From Leptogorgia sarmentosa (Eukaryota), in NCBI GenBank assembly GCA_964658305.1, contig OZ210885.1, forward strand, positions 7,378,001 to 7,442,000: a stretch of 64,000 nucleotides of DNA, in the 5' to 3' direction. Below, one piece after another: positions 62,572-64,000 of the stretch (its first letter is position 1; each line of letters begins with the position of its first letter). The notes beneath the pieces were generated by a model. The model was not told where the DNA came from and did no database searches. It saw only the letters and a program-made list of their open reading frames with translations. A program made the translations under genes and the position numbers.

Positions 62572-64000
62572 CAGGACTCTTTCGTGTTTCAAAATTTTGT
62601 CTTATCGTCCACAACAGAACACGATTGCCTCTCAACTATTGCTAAAACTAACCTACCCCTAAATAGAAAACTAATCCTAATCCCAAAGCTAACCATGACC
62701 CTAAAAACCCCTAAAACCTAACCCTAAATTTCGAAAACCTTGTTTTGGTGGATGTCCGTTTGCGTAATCCCATTCTTGGTCGAGTCTTTAAATATACACA
62801 TGCATGCTCGTATTTTTATTGATCAATAAACTGCTTTTTTGTGCAGGATGCTTTCACTGGATGTCAAATTCTTCCTTGTTCTCATAAAGTGCACAAAGAA
62901 TGTGCGACACAAATGATACGCAGCGGAATGTAAGTGTATCTTCTATTTGAAGATTTAAGTAGAATTTGATCTAGCAGAGGGTAGCCGATAATTCTTCATT
63001 CCGATAACTACCGCGGATGTATCGAAAGAAACCCGAATCGAATTTCAACACGCTATTGCGCACAAATTTAGTCGTGAAGACAGTTTATCTTTTATAAAGG
63101 TGAATGACATACTTTTCAAACAATGAGGGAATGAAACGAAGCAAAAATATACGCGTGCGAAAATTGGACTTGTAAAAAAAACATCTAACTCCAACTCGCC
63201 CTTGTCTTTCCGCACTGTTTGAAAATTGTGTTATAGGAAACTTTAAGCGTAATCGTAACTAAAAGGAAAAGTTGACCACGTTCACAACTTAATTTCTATG
63301 TTGAAATTCAACTCAATTTTTTGGGGATCCGTGGTTGTACGCCATGATTAAAGATCATAGAACCGGTGACCGACTTAATTATTGATTGAGTGATATGTGT
63401 TGATAGCTTTCATAGACACTAACTGCAGTATTTTCTATTTTTCAACAGCACACGCTGTCCAATCTGCCGGGAGAGTTTTGCTCACAAACTTGAGCGGCGA
63501 CCACTGAGTTCACGAAAACGTCCTGGGAAATAACAACGTTTAACAGCCTACAGTGGCCGAGATTTTCATTTCTATGTTTGTTTTGATGTGAATTTCTGAA
63601 GCTCGGTCATGCTGTTCATTCCGGGATTGTAAGTATTTTGTTTCTACTATACTTATATGCAAAGTAAACAAGTGTGGAAAATACACTCTTCACGTTCACT
63701 GTTAGGGCAGCGTCACCGTGTTTTGAGCATTAATTAATTCGTTCTGTCTTAGCTGGACGAACTACGGATTTTCTTGAGCATGCGCATTGCTCCGAGACCT
63801 TGTTCACACAAATTAGTTATGGCCAGTGAACTCAAATAAAACTGGAATGCTAGCTTCAGGTAAACATGCCCATACATGCCTGAAGCCAAGATGGCGGAAA
63901 TTGAAGCCTCTCTTGTAGGTATAAAACACGCGTGTTTTTTGCGTGGGGTAGTCACGAAGGGTGAAAGCATGAAATATATAAGCTATATTTCTAGCTACTT

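Larger units (their letters stand above)
55124..63533 (+). pseudogene. Chimeric DZIP3-type HEPN - NACHT - low-complexity - DED - CHY/CTCHY zinc fingers - RING-H2 (RCHY1/PIRH2-like C-terminus); one frameshift near 59520
   Basis: Exons 55124-56597, 57763-60025, 60703-61043, 61254-61372, 61839-61959, 62847-62929, 63449-63533 with phase-compatible GT-AG junctions; HEPN FDVTLL..LLRNICGL..RNDVYGH; Walker A GPGIGKS; Walker B IVVDALDE; CSHYKRHC..CC..PCHRCH; CCICLE..PCSH.VH..C..RCPIC. Confidence 0.78.

Noticed and set aside
62640..62730. Telomere-like CCCTAA runs (also ~60310-60400 and ~28860-28890)
   Set aside because: Short, highly degenerate and interstitial; typical of internal TE sequence, not a telomere or fusion site
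47319..63533. HECT and RING ligase genes close together as a functional ubiquitin cluster
   Set aside because: The HECT gene is transposon cargo inserted in a duplication arm; proximity is most simply coincidental

Overview
AT-rich eukaryotic (metazoan) genomic DNA with spliceosomal introns. The gene and repeat content resembles an anthozoan cnidarian, but that is an inference. There are no prokaryotic operons, rRNA or CRISPR arrays. About 52 kb is a nested transposon landscape built on a large inverted segmental duplication. It contains: (i) a decayed full-length BEL/Pao LTR retrotransposon (670-6453, TSD ACACT) with no tRNA primer-binding site but an 11-nt post-LTR sequence exactly complementary to a site inside its own LTR, a Tf1-like self-priming signature; (ii) a 10-kb CCC-ended CACTA/EnSpm element with a divergent BEN-domain accessory gene; (iii) an apparently intact 5.35-kb IS3EU-like element with long TIRs encoding convergent SAM-HTH-DDE transposase and SAM-zinc finger-HECT E3 ligase genes; (iv) Helitron/Helentron-type, hAT, Harbinger, P-like and Kolobok non-autonomous elements, a CR1/L2 fragment and tRNA-derived repeats. 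Host-type genes are the 3' end of an EGF-Ca/TM/ITIM-like receptor (30938-33676, minus) and a 7-exon chimeric HEPN-NACHT-DED-CHY/CTCHY-RING gene (55124-63533, plus, one frameshift). All domain calls come from motif recognition by eye; no searches were run.
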